This document shows, piece after piece, positions 9,114-17,793 of a DNA stretch of 46,163 bases (its first letter is position 1; each line of letters begins with the position of its first letter). The position numbers and the translations under genes are program-made. The stretch covers positions 1 to 46,163 of the IMG/VR virus record IMGVR_UViG_3300017716_001567. One strand, 5' to 3'. Source of the DNA: a virus. Its lineage: Duplodnaviria; Caudoviricetes. The notes beneath the pieces were generated by a model that had not been told where the DNA came from, ran no database searches, and saw only the letters and a program-made list of their open reading frames with translations.

Positions 9114-9362
9114 TCACCGGATGTAATGATGGATCATGACTGATACACCCATCTCGTGGAGCATCGTGGTGATAGGGGAGATATCATTGCTGTCGAACAC
9201 TACGATACGCTCTGGTAGGGTACGGAGGAACAGGAGCAGATCACTCGGCTTGTCGGCTTTCCGGCAGATCGTGATGCGTGTGCCGTCAGCATACCGGAGG
9301 ATCTCCCTCGCGAACGCGGAGTTATCTTTCCAGTCATTCGCCAGGATCACGAGTACGTGCAT
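9114..9362 (-). CDS. Hypothetical protein (weak resemblance to SLOG/DUF2493 N-terminus)
   Basis: MHVLVILANDWKD start; fills the gap in the operon. Confidence 0.5.
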   Translation of the reverse strand: MHVLVILANDWKDNSAFAREILRYADGTRITICRKADKPSDLLLFLRTLPERIVVFDSNDISPITTMLHEMGVSVMIHHYIR

Positions 9363-9852
9363 CGAGTGCTACCGATTCGAGTTTAGCGACTAGCTGCAGG
9401 AGAGGGAGATCACTCGCCACGGTGCGATTGCGGGAGTACCAGTTGTGCATCTCTCGTGCTTCCGCATCGGAGTACTTCGCACCGTGCTTACGGAGGATGT
9501 CGTACTCAGGGCGGTTGACACGGCGGAGGACTGAGTAGACAGTCTGCCTGGAGATTGAGAAGATACTAGCAAGCTGGTACTGTGAGGCGCCGGCTAGTGT
9601 CGCACCGAGGATGAAGTGGCTACGCGTCGGGTCGACTACGTAGGCTTTCTTGGGGGTAGTCCCACCCGTAGGGAATGGTACCTCCGTTGGGTCACTTGCG
9701 AATCCGTCAGGGATGGTGAGACGGAGCAACGCATCCACATCAGCTTCGTCCAGGTGAGGGTATGTGGCGGTGAGATAGCTATTAGCTTCTGCCCGAAACA
9801 TACCCTTCAACCTTGCCATGTCGTTAAGCGGAATGGGAAACAGGTTGTCCAC
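9334..9852 (-). CDS. Helix-turn-helix DNA-binding protein
   Basis: GASQYQLASIFSISRQTVYSVL HTH. Confidence 0.7.
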   Translation of the reverse strand: MDNLFPIPLNDMARLKGMFRAEANSYLTATYPHLDEADVDALLRLTIPDGFASDPTEVPFPTGGTTPKKAYVVDPTRSHFILGATLAGASQYQLASIFSISRQTVYSVLRRVNRPEYDILRKHGAKYSDAEAREMHNWYSRNRTVASDLPLLQLVAKLESVALDARTRDPGE

Positions 9853-9858
9853 TAGCGG

Positions 9859-10233
9859 TTAGTCCTCGAAGGAGGTCGTGACAACAGGGGGAGGAGCCAT
9901 CTCGACCTTGCTCACGATCTTGAGCACGTAGTACGGACGGTCCTGGCGGGTGAGGTGTGCAGCATGACGGCTAGCTTCCTCCACGTTCTGGAAGAACTTC
10001 TGAGGGATCTGGATCTTTCCGTTCTGGATCTCATCCAGCGGGGCGACGATGTAAGGGCGCTCCTTGACGATGGGTACAGGGGCGTTGGCTACGATGATGG
10101 ACATCTTGGATGAGTCTGAGGTGGTGTGTGGAGTCTGGATACGGCGAGGCCGCGTGTGCGCAGGCAGATACCCGAAGTCTTTGTTCACATACGGAGGTCC
10201 ATTAGTGAGCCAGTCGAGTTCGGAGTCATCCAT
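9859..10233 (-). CDS. Hypothetical protein
   Basis: AGGGGT RBS upstream of ATG 10233. Confidence 0.65.
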   Translation of the reverse strand: MDDSELDWLTNGPPYVNKDFGYLPAHTRPRRIQTPHTTSDSSKMSIIVANAPVPIVKERPYIVAPLDEIQNGKIQIPQKFFQNVEEASRHAAHLTRQDRPYYVLKIVSKVEMAPPPVVTTSFED

Positions 10234-10326
10234 ATTTGTACCCCTATGTTAAATGGTGGAGACAACAATACGGCGAGTGGCAAGAGGCCACCCACCGGAC
10301 ATTAGCAAGATTGCGATTCGTACTAG

Positions 10327-10393
10327 TGCACTCCCTCGGGATCGAACCGAGATAACGCTGGAGGACCGCTATGCGCCGACACACGCGGAGTGC
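10327..10393 (-). ncRNA. tRNA-like element 2 with anti-SD sequence in the anticodon-equivalent loop
   Basis: GCACUCC-GCGUGUGUCGGCGC-A-UAGCG GUCCUCCAG CGUUA-U-CUCGG UUCGAUC CCGAG-GGAGUGC-A: canonical 7-bp acceptor and 5-bp T arm, reduced D arm, no variable loop. Confidence 0.75.
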
Positions 10394-10430
10394 AGAGTGG
10401 GAGGTGGTGGTTAGCCACCCCCCGAGACTA

Positions 10431-11873
10431 CTACTGCATGCTGAACGTACGCGGAGAGTCAGCGGTGAGCTGTGCCGCCTTGAGCGTACCATCGGCGAGC
10501 ACACGAGCCGCAACGATGCTCGGGTGTTCCACGATGGGGGTCTTGTGGTTCAGCACATCCAGCTGCTGCTTCATCGAGGCAGCCGCGCCGAGCAGGTCAT
10601 CTTCACTGATGCTCCCTGCAGTCGGAGCGTGGCCCGTGCGCCAGATGGACTGGAGCTTGGACCGTTCCACCACCTCACGGATCACAGCGGGGATGAGACC
10701 GGACAGCTCATGGGAGAGCCGGTTCAACTCGCCATCTTCCACCAGCCCCTTGCCGTACACACGGACGAGACGGAGTGCAGCCTTCGCATCCGGCGGAGTG
10801 ACTTCCACCAGCACGTCGATACGGCCAGGACGGAGCATCGCAGTGTTGATGTTCTCGAGGTGGTTGGTAGTGAGAACGACCATCACGTCGGTGTTCTTGG
10901 AGTCGATGCCGTCGAGGGTGTTCAGCACATCGTCGATCTCCTCGGTACGGTCCTGACCGCCCACGACACGATCCACGTCTTCCGCGAAGATCACGGCGGG
11001 CTGGTACTGCCGTGCGAACTGGATGGCCTCGGGAAGTTCCGCGACGTGCTTGATGTAGATGAAGGTGGTCTTGGACTCCACGCAGAACTTGGCGACCTTC
11101 CGTGCGAGGAGGGTCTTACCGGTACCGTACTTGCCGGCGAGCAGAACACCACGCTTGAAGGGGATGCCGGCGAGCTTGCAAGCAGCGCGATTCACGATGG
11201 GAGCGTAGATGTTCGCACCGACGAGCTGCTCGATGTGATCGGAGAACGTGAGCGCGTCGACTTCGGGGGAATCGAAGTTGTAGAACGTGATGGAAGGCAT
11301 GGCACGAGACTCACCGTTGTCCTCGCGGAAGGACATCGTGAGCGCACGACCCGAGTAGAACGGCTCGGTCCAGATGTAGTGCTGCATCTTCGCGATGATC
11401 TTCTGCACGAGGTGATCGTGCTTCTTCCGGTACTCACCCTGGACCTGGAACTTCACGCGGTCGTCTTCCATCACGCCGCTGGTGTGCAGCCACCCGCCGT
11501 CAGGGGAGATCTGCATACGGCCCCAGATGATCTCACGCGTCTCGGTGAGTGAGACGGGGATCGAGATGCGCGAGGGCGGAGTGGTACCGAACCAGCTTTC
11601 CACCGCGACTTCAGTCGTGAAGCCCTGGATATCCTTGATCGCGCGTTCGAGGGCCATGCTGCCTTCCCACGGGAAGACATTGAACGTGCGCTGGAACCGC
11701 ATGAGGGACTCTTCCGCCTTCTGCTGGCGGTCGAGGACTTCAATCGCATCCTTGAGTGCCATCCCCTCAGGGACGAGGAGCTTCTCCCCAGTGCGGACGA
11801 CCTCCGCTACCGTGGTGGAGTTCTTCTTGTTCACAGCGTCAGTGATGACTGCCAGCATTTCGTGCGCTTCCAT
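10431..11873 (-). CDS. Classical-clade AAA+ ATPase
   Basis: RGVLLAGKYGTGKT, IFAEDVD, LTTNH..AMLRPGRID second region of homology. Confidence 0.9.
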   Translation of the reverse strand: MEAHEMLAVITDAVNKKNSTTVAEVVRTGEKLLVPEGMALKDAIEVLDRQQKAEESLMRFQRTFNVFPWEGSMALERAIKDIQGFTTEVAVESWFGTTPPSRISIPVSLTETREIIWGRMQISPDGGWLHTSGVMEDDRVKFQVQGEYRKKHDHLVQKIIAKMQHYIWTEPFYSGRALTMSFREDNGESRAMPSITFYNFDSPEVDALTFSDHIEQLVGANIYAPIVNRAACKLAGIPFKRGVLLAGKYGTGKTLLARKVAKFCVESKTTFIYIKHVAELPEAIQFARQYQPAVIFAEDVDRVVGGQDRTEEIDDVLNTLDGIDSKNTDVMVVLTTNHLENINTAMLRPGRIDVLVEVTPPDAKAALRLVRVYGKGLVEDGELNRLSHELSGLIPAVIREVVERSKLQSIWRTGHAPTAGSISEDDLLGAAASMKQQLDVLNHKTPIVEHPSIVAARVLADGTLKAAQLTADSPRTFSMQ

Positions 11874-11939
11874 GTGAGTACTCTCCAGTACAAGTTGTGC
11901 AGGATACGGCCTGCACTCCGTTGGGACTCAGTCCCGAGG

Positions 11940-12422
11940 TTACCGCTCGTTTTTGATTGACTCATGGTACACATGCGTCATGCTGTGGACGAGGATCTTG
12001 AGCACGCGAGTGTGGAGTTCCGCATCCACGAGGTCACCACTCACAGCGAAGAACTCGGAGTTCATCTGGCGCATGTTCTTATTCACGAATTGCATCAAGT
12101 CAGCGATGAGCCTCCCGCGCTTGAACTTCCCCTCCACGAACATGTACTGGGAAGTAATCGCGATGAGTTGTGCAACATGACGTGCGGTGCGGATCTCGCA
12201 AGTCATCGTGTAGTGATTCGCATCAGGTCCGGCAGGCCCGCAGGACTCCAGCAGGTCTGCGTAGGTCTGAATGATGTCCATGGGAGTGTCGATCTTGGCG
12301 AGCTTATTCGCCACCATGCTGATACCGGAGGTAGTGGAGAGCATATACTCCGCCATGTCGGCAGGGATACCGGACTTCTCCACCATCTCCCGATCAAGGG
12401 CAGATGAGATGCGATTAACCAT
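11940..12422 (-). CDS. Hypothetical protein
   Basis: Coupled ORF with phage-like codon usage. Confidence 0.7.
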   Translation of the reverse strand: MVNRISSALDREMVEKSGIPADMAEYMLSTTSGISMVANKLAKIDTPMDIIQTYADLLESCGPAGPDANHYTMTCEIRTARHVAQLIAITSQYMFVEGKFKRGRLIADLMQFVNKNMRQMNSEFFAVSGDLVDAELHTRVLKILVHSMTHVYHESIKNER

Positions 12423-12771
12423 TGACGAGTTCCTCCATCGTGGAGATCTGAACTTCCGTCATGGTCATGCAGATGTCCCGCAGGTTGGACTTGATGATCG
12501 CGTTAGCGATGGGAGTGTGCATGGCGAAGGTCATCCTCAAGCGCATGAACTCCTGGATGAAGCCAGGATCGAACTCGTTATCCTCGGTATCGTTGAGGAG
12601 TTCCATGAGGGGGTGGAGGAGCTTCGCGAGTCCGGTAGTGATCGTGACACTCGCAGTGGCGCTGAGTCCACGCTCGTAGATGTCGTGCTTCTCCACGTCA
12701 TCGCAGAACATATCAATCTTGGTCATGAGTTCCTCCTGCCGCTGCTTGAACTTCTCGCACATCTCACACAT
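12415..12771 (-). CDS. Hypothetical protein (MCEMC start)
   Basis: CTGGAGG RBS; first gene after promoter 12848-12876. Confidence 0.75.
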   Translation of the reverse strand: MCEMCEKFKQRQEELMTKIDMFCDDVEKHDIYERGLSATASVTITTGLAKLLHPLMELLNDTEDNEFDPGFIQEFMRLRMTFAMHTPIANAIIKSNLRDICMTMTEVQISTMEELVNG

Positions 12772-12847
12772 GATTGCCTCCAGGCAAGTTGGGTGTAGTG
12801 TGGCAGGAGCGCGCGCCAGGTAGCGGTCGCCCCGTGCCACATAATAC

Positions 12848-12876
12848 AATATACCACCAGACCAACAACTACGCAA
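12848..12876 (-). promoter_or_regulatory. sigma70-like promoter TTGCGT-N17-TATATT with TG extension and A-rich UP element
   Basis: Minus strand AAAATAAAAATAC...CCATTGCGT-N14-TGG-TATATTGT. Confidence 0.8.
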
Positions 12877-12905
12877 TGGGTAGTGTATTTTTATTTTGGC
12901 AGGGG

Positions 12906-13121
12906 CTAGCGCCCACGGTAGATCGCACTGGCGATCGCCTCACGATCACCGGAGATGACAGCATTCCGAACTTTCTTGCATCGCGTCTTGATCGGTTCGT
13001 AGCACTGGCAGTACCCAGTCTCGAGCGCGAGTTCGATCTCGGAGGCGAGGGCGAACTCCGCATCGGTGTGAGTGGACGGCGATGAGTCTTCCGTTGTGAC
13101 GAGAGTGAACTCGGCAAGCAT
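12906..13121 (-). CDS. Hypothetical protein
   Basis: GAGGGA RBS, in operon. Confidence 0.6.
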   Translation of the reverse strand: MLAEFTLVTTEDSSPSTHTDAEFALASEIELALETGYCQCYEPIKTRCKKVRNAVISGDREAIASAIYRGR

Positions 13122-13123
13122 TG

Positions 13124-13330
13124 TCAGTCCCTCGGATCGAGTGGGTGGGTGGCAGGAAGCGATACACCTTCAATCTCTGCGTACTTCTCGAGCTTGAATC
13201 GGCGCGCGAGGTGAGAATCAATCTCATCACGGAGCTTCCAGATCTGCGCGTCGATGAGTTTGACTTCCTTCGCGACGTTCTCGGAGACGATCTTCTCGAT
13301 GTTGGTCTCGAGGATGATGGGGCTACTCAC
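13124..13330 (-). CDS. Hypothetical coiled-coil protein
   Basis: GTG start overlapping the upstream stop, GGAGG RBS. Confidence 0.6.
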   Translation of the reverse strand: MSSPIILETNIEKIVSENVAKEVKLIDAQIWKLRDEIDSHLARRFKLEKYAEIEGVSLPATHPLDPRD

Positions 13331-13607
13331 TGGGCAATCCCTCCACGAACTTGTCGAGCGCAGCGAAGATGATCGCCTGTCCATCGTCGGTGGCCTTGGA
13401 CATATCATCTGCGGCGGTCTTCGGATCAGGGTTGAGTGCAATCACCAGATCCATGATGGACTCGGGGACTCCCTTGAACCCATGCCCAGGGTACGACACA
13501 ACGAAGCCATCCAGCATGACACTCATCGCAAGGAATGTGGAGGCGGGGACAGTGATGGTGAGGTCCTTCACTGCTTCACGCAGTAGGGATGCGTCTACGG
13601 TCTTCAT
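13323..13607 (-). CDS. Hypothetical protein
   Basis: GGAG RBS, in operon. Confidence 0.65.
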   Translation of the reverse strand: MKTVDASLLREAVKDLTITVPASTFLAMSVMLDGFVVSYPGHGFKGVPESIMDLVIALNPDPKTAADDMSKATDDGQAIIFAALDKFVEGLPSE

Positions 13608-13608
13608 G

Positions 13609-13983
13609 CTAGGGGTGCTCCGTGAGTCCCGATTCATCGGGGATGAGGGTGTCGTTGATAGTACGGGGGATCAGTTCGAGTTGTACATTTTCGTACGCCT
13701 TCACAATCGAATACATCCACTGCGGTCGGGCGATCTGGTTGGACATGTAGGAGAACTTACGCATAGATGTGATGCGACGCTTGACTTCGTCGGGGTTCTC
13801 CTTCCGCCGTGTTACTTGCTCACACGCGAGCATGTAGTTCAGCGCGTTGCGGATAGTAGACTCGCTGCAGGCTTCACGCTTAGCGAGAGCACTGACTGAT
13901 GCTGCAGGCACCACGCGTAGGATATTGAGGATCTTCTCCACGCGTTGCTGGATAGTGATGTGTCCGTACTTGTGTGCCATCAT
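13609..13983 (-). CDS. Winged-HTH DNA-binding protein
   Basis: QRVEKILNIL..SVSALAKREACSESTIRNAL, DeoR/HTH_11-like pattern. Confidence 0.65.
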   Translation of the reverse strand: MMAHKYGHITIQQRVEKILNILRVVPAASVSALAKREACSESTIRNALNYMLACEQVTRRKENPDEVKRRITSMRKFSYMSNQIARPQWMYSIVKAYENVQLELIPRTINDTLIPDESGLTEHP

Positions 13984-14162
13984 AGTGGATTCCTGAGAGT
14001 ACGCATGACGGAGGTGCGCTTGAGTTCGTCCAGATCTTTCTGGAGTAGCGCGATCTTCCGCTCGAGTCGCTCAAGCGCGTCGACTACCTGCTCCGATGCG
14101 AAGCGGGTGAGGGGCACTTGATCGAGTCCGTTACGTGCGAGGGCTTCGGTACGCTTACTCAT
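13980..14162 (-). CDS. Small coiled-coil protein
   Basis: MSKRTEAL..LERLERKIALLQKDLDELK; coupled on both sides. Confidence 0.6.
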   Translation of the reverse strand: MSKRTEALARNGLDQVPLTRFASEQVVDALERLERKIALLQKDLDELKRTSVMRTLRNPL

Positions 14163-14325
14163 CTTTGGTATCATCCTCATCGTTGAAGAGTTCTTCATGT
14201 TCATCCAGGTCTGCGAGGAGTTCCGCAGCACCTTCATCACAGTACTCATCGTCAGCGAGGAGTACATATCCCACGAAGTCAGAGTCTTCCATCTTGTGGT
14301 GGTGTTGGCAGTAGAAGATACTCAC
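14155..14325 (-). CDS. 56-aa highly acidic protein (not in ORF track)
   Basis: GTGA-coupled start; MSIFYCQHHHKMEDSDFVGYVLLADDEYCDEGAAELLADLDEHEELFNDEDDTKDE. Confidence 0.65.
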   Translation of the reverse strand: MSIFYCQHHHKMEDSDFVGYVLLADDEYCDEGAAELLADLDEHEELFNDEDDTKDE

Positions 14326-14495
14326 TGGTTAGGTTCCGGTTGAGGTACCGGTTCGATCTGATACCACGGCTTCCCGTTGCTGTTCTCCCAGATAGTTCCG
14401 TCGTCACACAGCACAGTCGTGATATGGGCTAAGTCGTTCGTTTCAGACCAAGGGACTACCGCAGTAGCGATCTGGATAACCTTGCGTCTGGTCAC
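14322..14495 (-). CDS. Small phage protein with LCDDGTIW motif
   Basis: GAGGAGG RBS, GTGA coupling. Confidence 0.65.
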   Translation of the reverse strand: MTRRKVIQIATAVVPWSETNDLAHITTVLCDDGTIWENSNGKPWYQIEPVPQPEPNQ

Positions 14496-14692
14496 TTGGA
14501 CGCCTCCTCGGGTTGAGTCTCGTCGATACAGTCGAATCCCAGATGGTCGAGCATCGGCATGAGGTCTTGCCACTCACGCTCACGAAACACCAGTGTCCCG
14601 CATAGCGCCATGTGATCGGACTTCACAAGTGATCCGAACACTCGCACGTGTACGTGACTGCCGAGGAGCTTGTAGCGGAATCGGAGGTTCAT
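14492..14692 (-). CDS. Hypothetical protein
   Basis: GGAGA RBS, in operon. Confidence 0.65.
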   Translation of the reverse strand: MNLRFRYKLLGSHVHVRVFGSLVKSDHMALCGTLVFREREWQDLMPMLDHLGFDCIDETQPEEASK

Positions 14693-14693
14693 G

Positions 14694-14951
14694 TTACTGA
14701 TTCTCCATCATGAGGTGCATGACTGTGTTACAACGAGGAGACTCAAAACTCCCAAGTACATCCGTGAGCTTCTGTGCTTCGCTTCGCTCAGCATGGATGT
14801 ATCTACTACGATCCACGATCTCGTTGGCTTCCTCGAGTGAGTACACCCCCGCGAAGTGTACATCTGCAGCATAGCCACACTGATCAGCACCCCACCACAT
14901 GTTGTGCTTGTATGACCAGATGAGGTATGCTGTGTCCCATGTGAGCTTCAT
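14694..14951 (-). CDS. Hypothetical protein (WS.KH.MWW...GY motif)
   Basis: GGAGG RBS, ATGA coupling. Confidence 0.65.
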   Translation of the reverse strand: MKLTWDTAYLIWSYKHNMWWGADQCGYAADVHFAGVYSLEEANEIVDRSRYIHAERSEAQKLTDVLGSFESPRCNTVMHLMMENQ

Positions 14952-15220
14952 GACTTCCTCCGTTGTGCGACTAGCGCTTCCGCAAAGTTGTACTTTTCAG
15001 TTTCGAGGTCGGATTTCTCCCAGAAGTGCCAACGTGCGCCACAAGAGAGGCACTCGTAGAACAGGTCAATCCCCCAGGCTACGTGATGCGCGCAAACTTC
15101 AAACGCACTATCACACAGGCAAGTATCCGGATCGTTGCCTTCATCCTCCGGAGTGATCTCGATCTCAGGCTCATCCCATGAGGGATCGTAGTCATTGCGT
15201 GCTGGGATGCTGTTACGCAT
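14948..15220 (-). CDS. Acidic Zn-ribbon-like protein
   Basis: CLC...YECLSCGARW. Confidence 0.6.
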   Translation of the reverse strand: MRNSIPARNDYDPSWDEPEIEITPEDEGNDPDTCLCDSAFEVCAHHVAWGIDLFYECLSCGARWHFWEKSDLETEKYNFAEALVAQRRKS

Positions 15221-15443
15221 AGGGAGTACCCTCCAGAGTGCGCTTCATCATGCGCTTGGCGTCAGGGTGGATGTAGATGCTACCACCGAACTGGGAGAGC
15301 GCTGCAAGCGCGATGGAGAATGCCTGTCCAGGATCTTCCGAGTACTGCTTGTGCTCCCCGCGCTGGATTCGGAACTTCCGCCAGAACTGCGAATAGAAGA
15401 TCCGAATATACTGGGGATCGGGGTTAGACTTATGGGAGCGCAT
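15213..15443 (-). CDS. Hypothetical protein
   Basis: In operon, GAGG RBS. Confidence 0.55.
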   Translation of the reverse strand: MRSHKSNPDPQYIRIFYSQFWRKFRIQRGEHKQYSEDPGQAFSIALAALSQFGGSIYIHPDAKRMMKRTLEGTPYA

Positions 15444-15444
15444 C

Positions 15445-15621
15445 TTACCGTGCCTCGTCCAGGATGATACGATCCACATAGACCGCACGTACTGTATCGA
15501 AGTCTCCCATGATCGTGGCGACTTCCACCCAGCGCCCGTTGCGGTAGACTTGCTTTACAAGCTTCCGACGGTGCCAGGAGAAACAGTACACATCGTCAGT
15601 CATGCTCCACACGATCAGCAT
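15445..15621 (-). CDS. Hypothetical protein
   Basis: AGGAG RBS before MLIVWS. Confidence 0.55.
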   Translation of the reverse strand: MLIVWSMTDDVYCFSWHRRKLVKQVYRNGRWVEVATIMGDFDTVRAVYVDRIILDEAR

Positions 15622-15622
15622 G

Positions 15623-15802
15623 TTAGCACTCCTGTCCGTTCTCATGGGTGAGGAACCCACCAGAGTTGAGGATGTGGAGGAGCATCGACTCGAGCACGAT
15701 AGTCGCACGGGAGCGCTTGGGATGGATAAGAGCGTACTTCCCAGTTCCCATCGGGATGACTTCTGCAATCTCACCGATGCGGTCTGTGATGAAGGTACTC
15801 AT
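15623..15802 (-). CDS. 59-aa hypothetical protein (not in ORF track)
   Basis: ATGA-coupled; MSTFITDRIGEIAEVIPMG... Confidence 0.55.
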   Translation of the reverse strand: MSTFITDRIGEIAEVIPMGTGKYALIHPKRSRATIVLESMLLHILNSGGFLTHENGQEC

Positions 15803-16041
15803 GGGCGCACACTCGGCATGGTCACGAGGGTGGCAATGGAGGTGGATGATTCCGAGTTGAACATAATCACGGAGTCACACACGCAGTTATGCACTTGCCC
15901 ATCTTCATCTCCCATAGTGTCGAACATTCTCATAATCCAATCGAGTGCTTGTGACTTCTCAGCCCACTCGGTCACGCGCCAGGTTGGTATCGACACGAGT
16001 GCTCCAGACATCCGGAAACTTGCTACATACGTGTACTTCAT
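15799..16041 (-). CDS. Hypothetical protein
   Basis: GGAG RBS. Confidence 0.55.
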   Translation of the reverse strand: MKYTYVASFRMSGALVSIPTWRVTEWAEKSQALDWIMRMFDTMGDEDGQVHNCVCDSVIMFNSESSTSIATLVTMPSVRP

Positions 16042-16140
16042 GTGGACTCCGACTTGAGTTCCATGCGGGTGTTGCAGCCCACCACCGAGGTGTGATGGGC
16101 TATGGTACGATCCGGCACGATTAATGCCGGCTTCGCCTAG

Positions 16141-16542
16141 TTATCCCAGGCAGATACGCGATCCGTGCAACCTCCAGCAGATCGGACACTCGATTCCCTC
16201 GGGGAGCATATCCCACGAGGTGGAAGGCTCGAAGGTGTACTCATCAACCTCCGGTCCCTGCTGTGCCTCCCACGGGATGATCTCCATGATCTCCCCCCAC
16301 GCCGTGGCGAGGGTGATGAACCTCGGATCACCCAAGCGGCAGCGCTTCATCTCATCCATGAGGATGGCTGCGTGCATGATGTGGGCGAGGGTGTACTCGT
16401 ACGCAGTGTGGTACGACCTCGCCATTCCCGTGCTGTACTCCAGCACCACGTCGAGCACATTCGCTTCCGTACGCTCGAGGATGGCATCGAGCACCCCGAC
16501 TTCATTGTAAAGGCTCTCCAACTGTACCATCTGCTGCTTCAT
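16141..16542 (-). CDS. Hypothetical protein with C-terminal CPIC..H...C
   Basis: GGAGA RBS; first gene after promoter 16626-16654. Confidence 0.7.
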   Translation of the reverse strand: MKQQMVQLESLYNEVGVLDAILERTEANVLDVVLEYSTGMARSYHTAYEYTLAHIMHAAILMDEMKRCRLGDPRFITLATAWGEIMEIIPWEAQQGPEVDEYTFEPSTSWDMLPEGIECPICWRLHGSRICLG

Positions 16543-16625
16543 GTCCGTATTCTCCACGAGTGGGAATATCTGCGGCGTGGCGAGGTCCACGTCCGCGAGT
16601 ATGGGCGCGATCCGGCCCACATCAC

Positions 16626-16654
16626 AATATACCACCCCTCCCCACACTACACAA
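16626..16654 (-). promoter_or_regulatory. sigma70-like promoter TTGTGT-N17-TATATT
   Basis: CATTGTGT-N14-TGG-TATATTGT, matches the other early promoters. Confidence 0.75.
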
Positions 16655-16949
16655 TGATTAGTGATGATCGGATTTCCATCTGCACGATAGTTGCCGGCTG
16701 CGCCTAGCACATGAGTGGTACAAAAATGTGCAACTGACATGATTATGGCCGACTTCGTCTACCACCGACATACTCACATGCGGCCCTGTTGGGATGGCGA
16801 GCTGGGCCGTACATGGTGGGATTCGATGTGCGCCGCAGGCCCCGTGAAACGGCGTGAAACGCCCCACCACGCCACGATCGGCCTCCGGCCATACCCACGT
16901 ATGCCCAGGATCGTTTGTGCCCGCATTTGCGTCAGGACCTCCTTCCCAT

Positions 16950-17305
16950 GCCTGCTGGCTGGTAGTCCTTAACCCACAGTCCTTCCACGTAAGTCGTTGC
17001 GGCACATGGGTTTACCCCACCTGCGTCAGGCTGGCTTGCTCACCTACCTGCCCCCCCGATGCACGTGAAGGACCTTACCCCTGCCTTCCTCCCAGCCTGC
17101 GTGTGTATGCTAGCTGGCTAGCTGGCTTGCTTGTGCTAGGTCCTTTTCCTCTCTATATACTATCTAAAAAAAAATTTTATAGTGAATAAGAGAAAAGTGT
17201 TAGTACATAAGCACATTACACTCGATCAGGCTGGCTGGATGGCAGGCTGGCTCCACGGGTACATCACGGGGGGAGGTAGTAGAGCCAGCAAGCAAGCCTG
17301 CAATC
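16950..17305. other. Non-coding region: AT-rich core flanked by GCTGGC repeats (origin-like)
   Basis: AT-rich 17143-17220 including an A-run; CAGGCTGGCT at ~17027, 17227 and 17243, further GCTGGC copies and inverted GCCAGC. Confidence 0.45.
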
Positions 17306-17529
17306 GTGTAACCCGTTGTGGCATATGGAGTTACGCATTTTGGACTTCCGTCAGTACTTCCTTCCTGACGTGTGACATTCATCACCAAGTTGTGCAAGTG
17401 GTACACATTTGTACACCTCAAGCTCTAGTTCACGAGTAAGCTACCTTGTCAAGGTCATGTGTATTCTTGATTCCGGATATACCAAAAAGCACGACTCGAG
17501 GGATGTAAAGTCCCCCAAGTACGTGCTAG

Positions 17530-17733
17530 TTAGCTCTTATTACCTCGCATCGTCCGCAAGAATGCGTGCACCTCATGCAACTTGTACACAAAGAACGCAT
17601 CAGTCTTGAGACAGCTAAGCACAATCCAGACTGTCCCGCTTAGCACTGTCACATCCTCCACACGGCAATCTTGCCTCTCGATCGCGTTGAGTTCGGACAC
17701 CTCAAACGTATCGCGTACGAGTACTGACGACAT
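17530..17733 (-). CDS. Hypothetical protein
   Basis: CTGGAGG RBS. Confidence 0.65.
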   Translation of the reverse strand: MSSVLVRDTFEVSELNAIERQDCRVEDVTVLSGTVWIVLSCLKTDAFFVYKLHEVHAFLRTMRGNKS

Positions 17734-17763
17734 ATGGCCTCCAGGCCGTTCGGTTAGTCGTTA

Positions 17764-17789
17764 TGTCTGACTCCCCAAGGTCACATCCC
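17764..17789 (-). repeat. 3' arm of imperfect 26-nt inverted repeat enclosing gene 17794..18276
   Basis: Pairs with 18354-18379: 21/26 Watson-Crick plus 3 G-U on the minus strand. Confidence 0.85.
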
Positions 17790-17793
17790 TTAA

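Noticed and set aside
8459-10393. Calling the two elements functional tRNAs (e.g. Ala-CGC, Glu-CUC)
   Set aside because: Neither has a canonical 7-nt anticodon loop with U33, other arms are non-canonical, and there is no properly placed encoded CCA
10371-11552. 393-aa plus-strand ORF
   Set aside because: Antisense shadow of the AAA ATPase caused by codon bias; no motifs
16658-17609. Short ORFs in the control region and upstream extensions of ORFs to 9117, 12876 and 16740
   Set aside because: They run through promoters, hairpins and repeats; better RBS-supported internal starts exist
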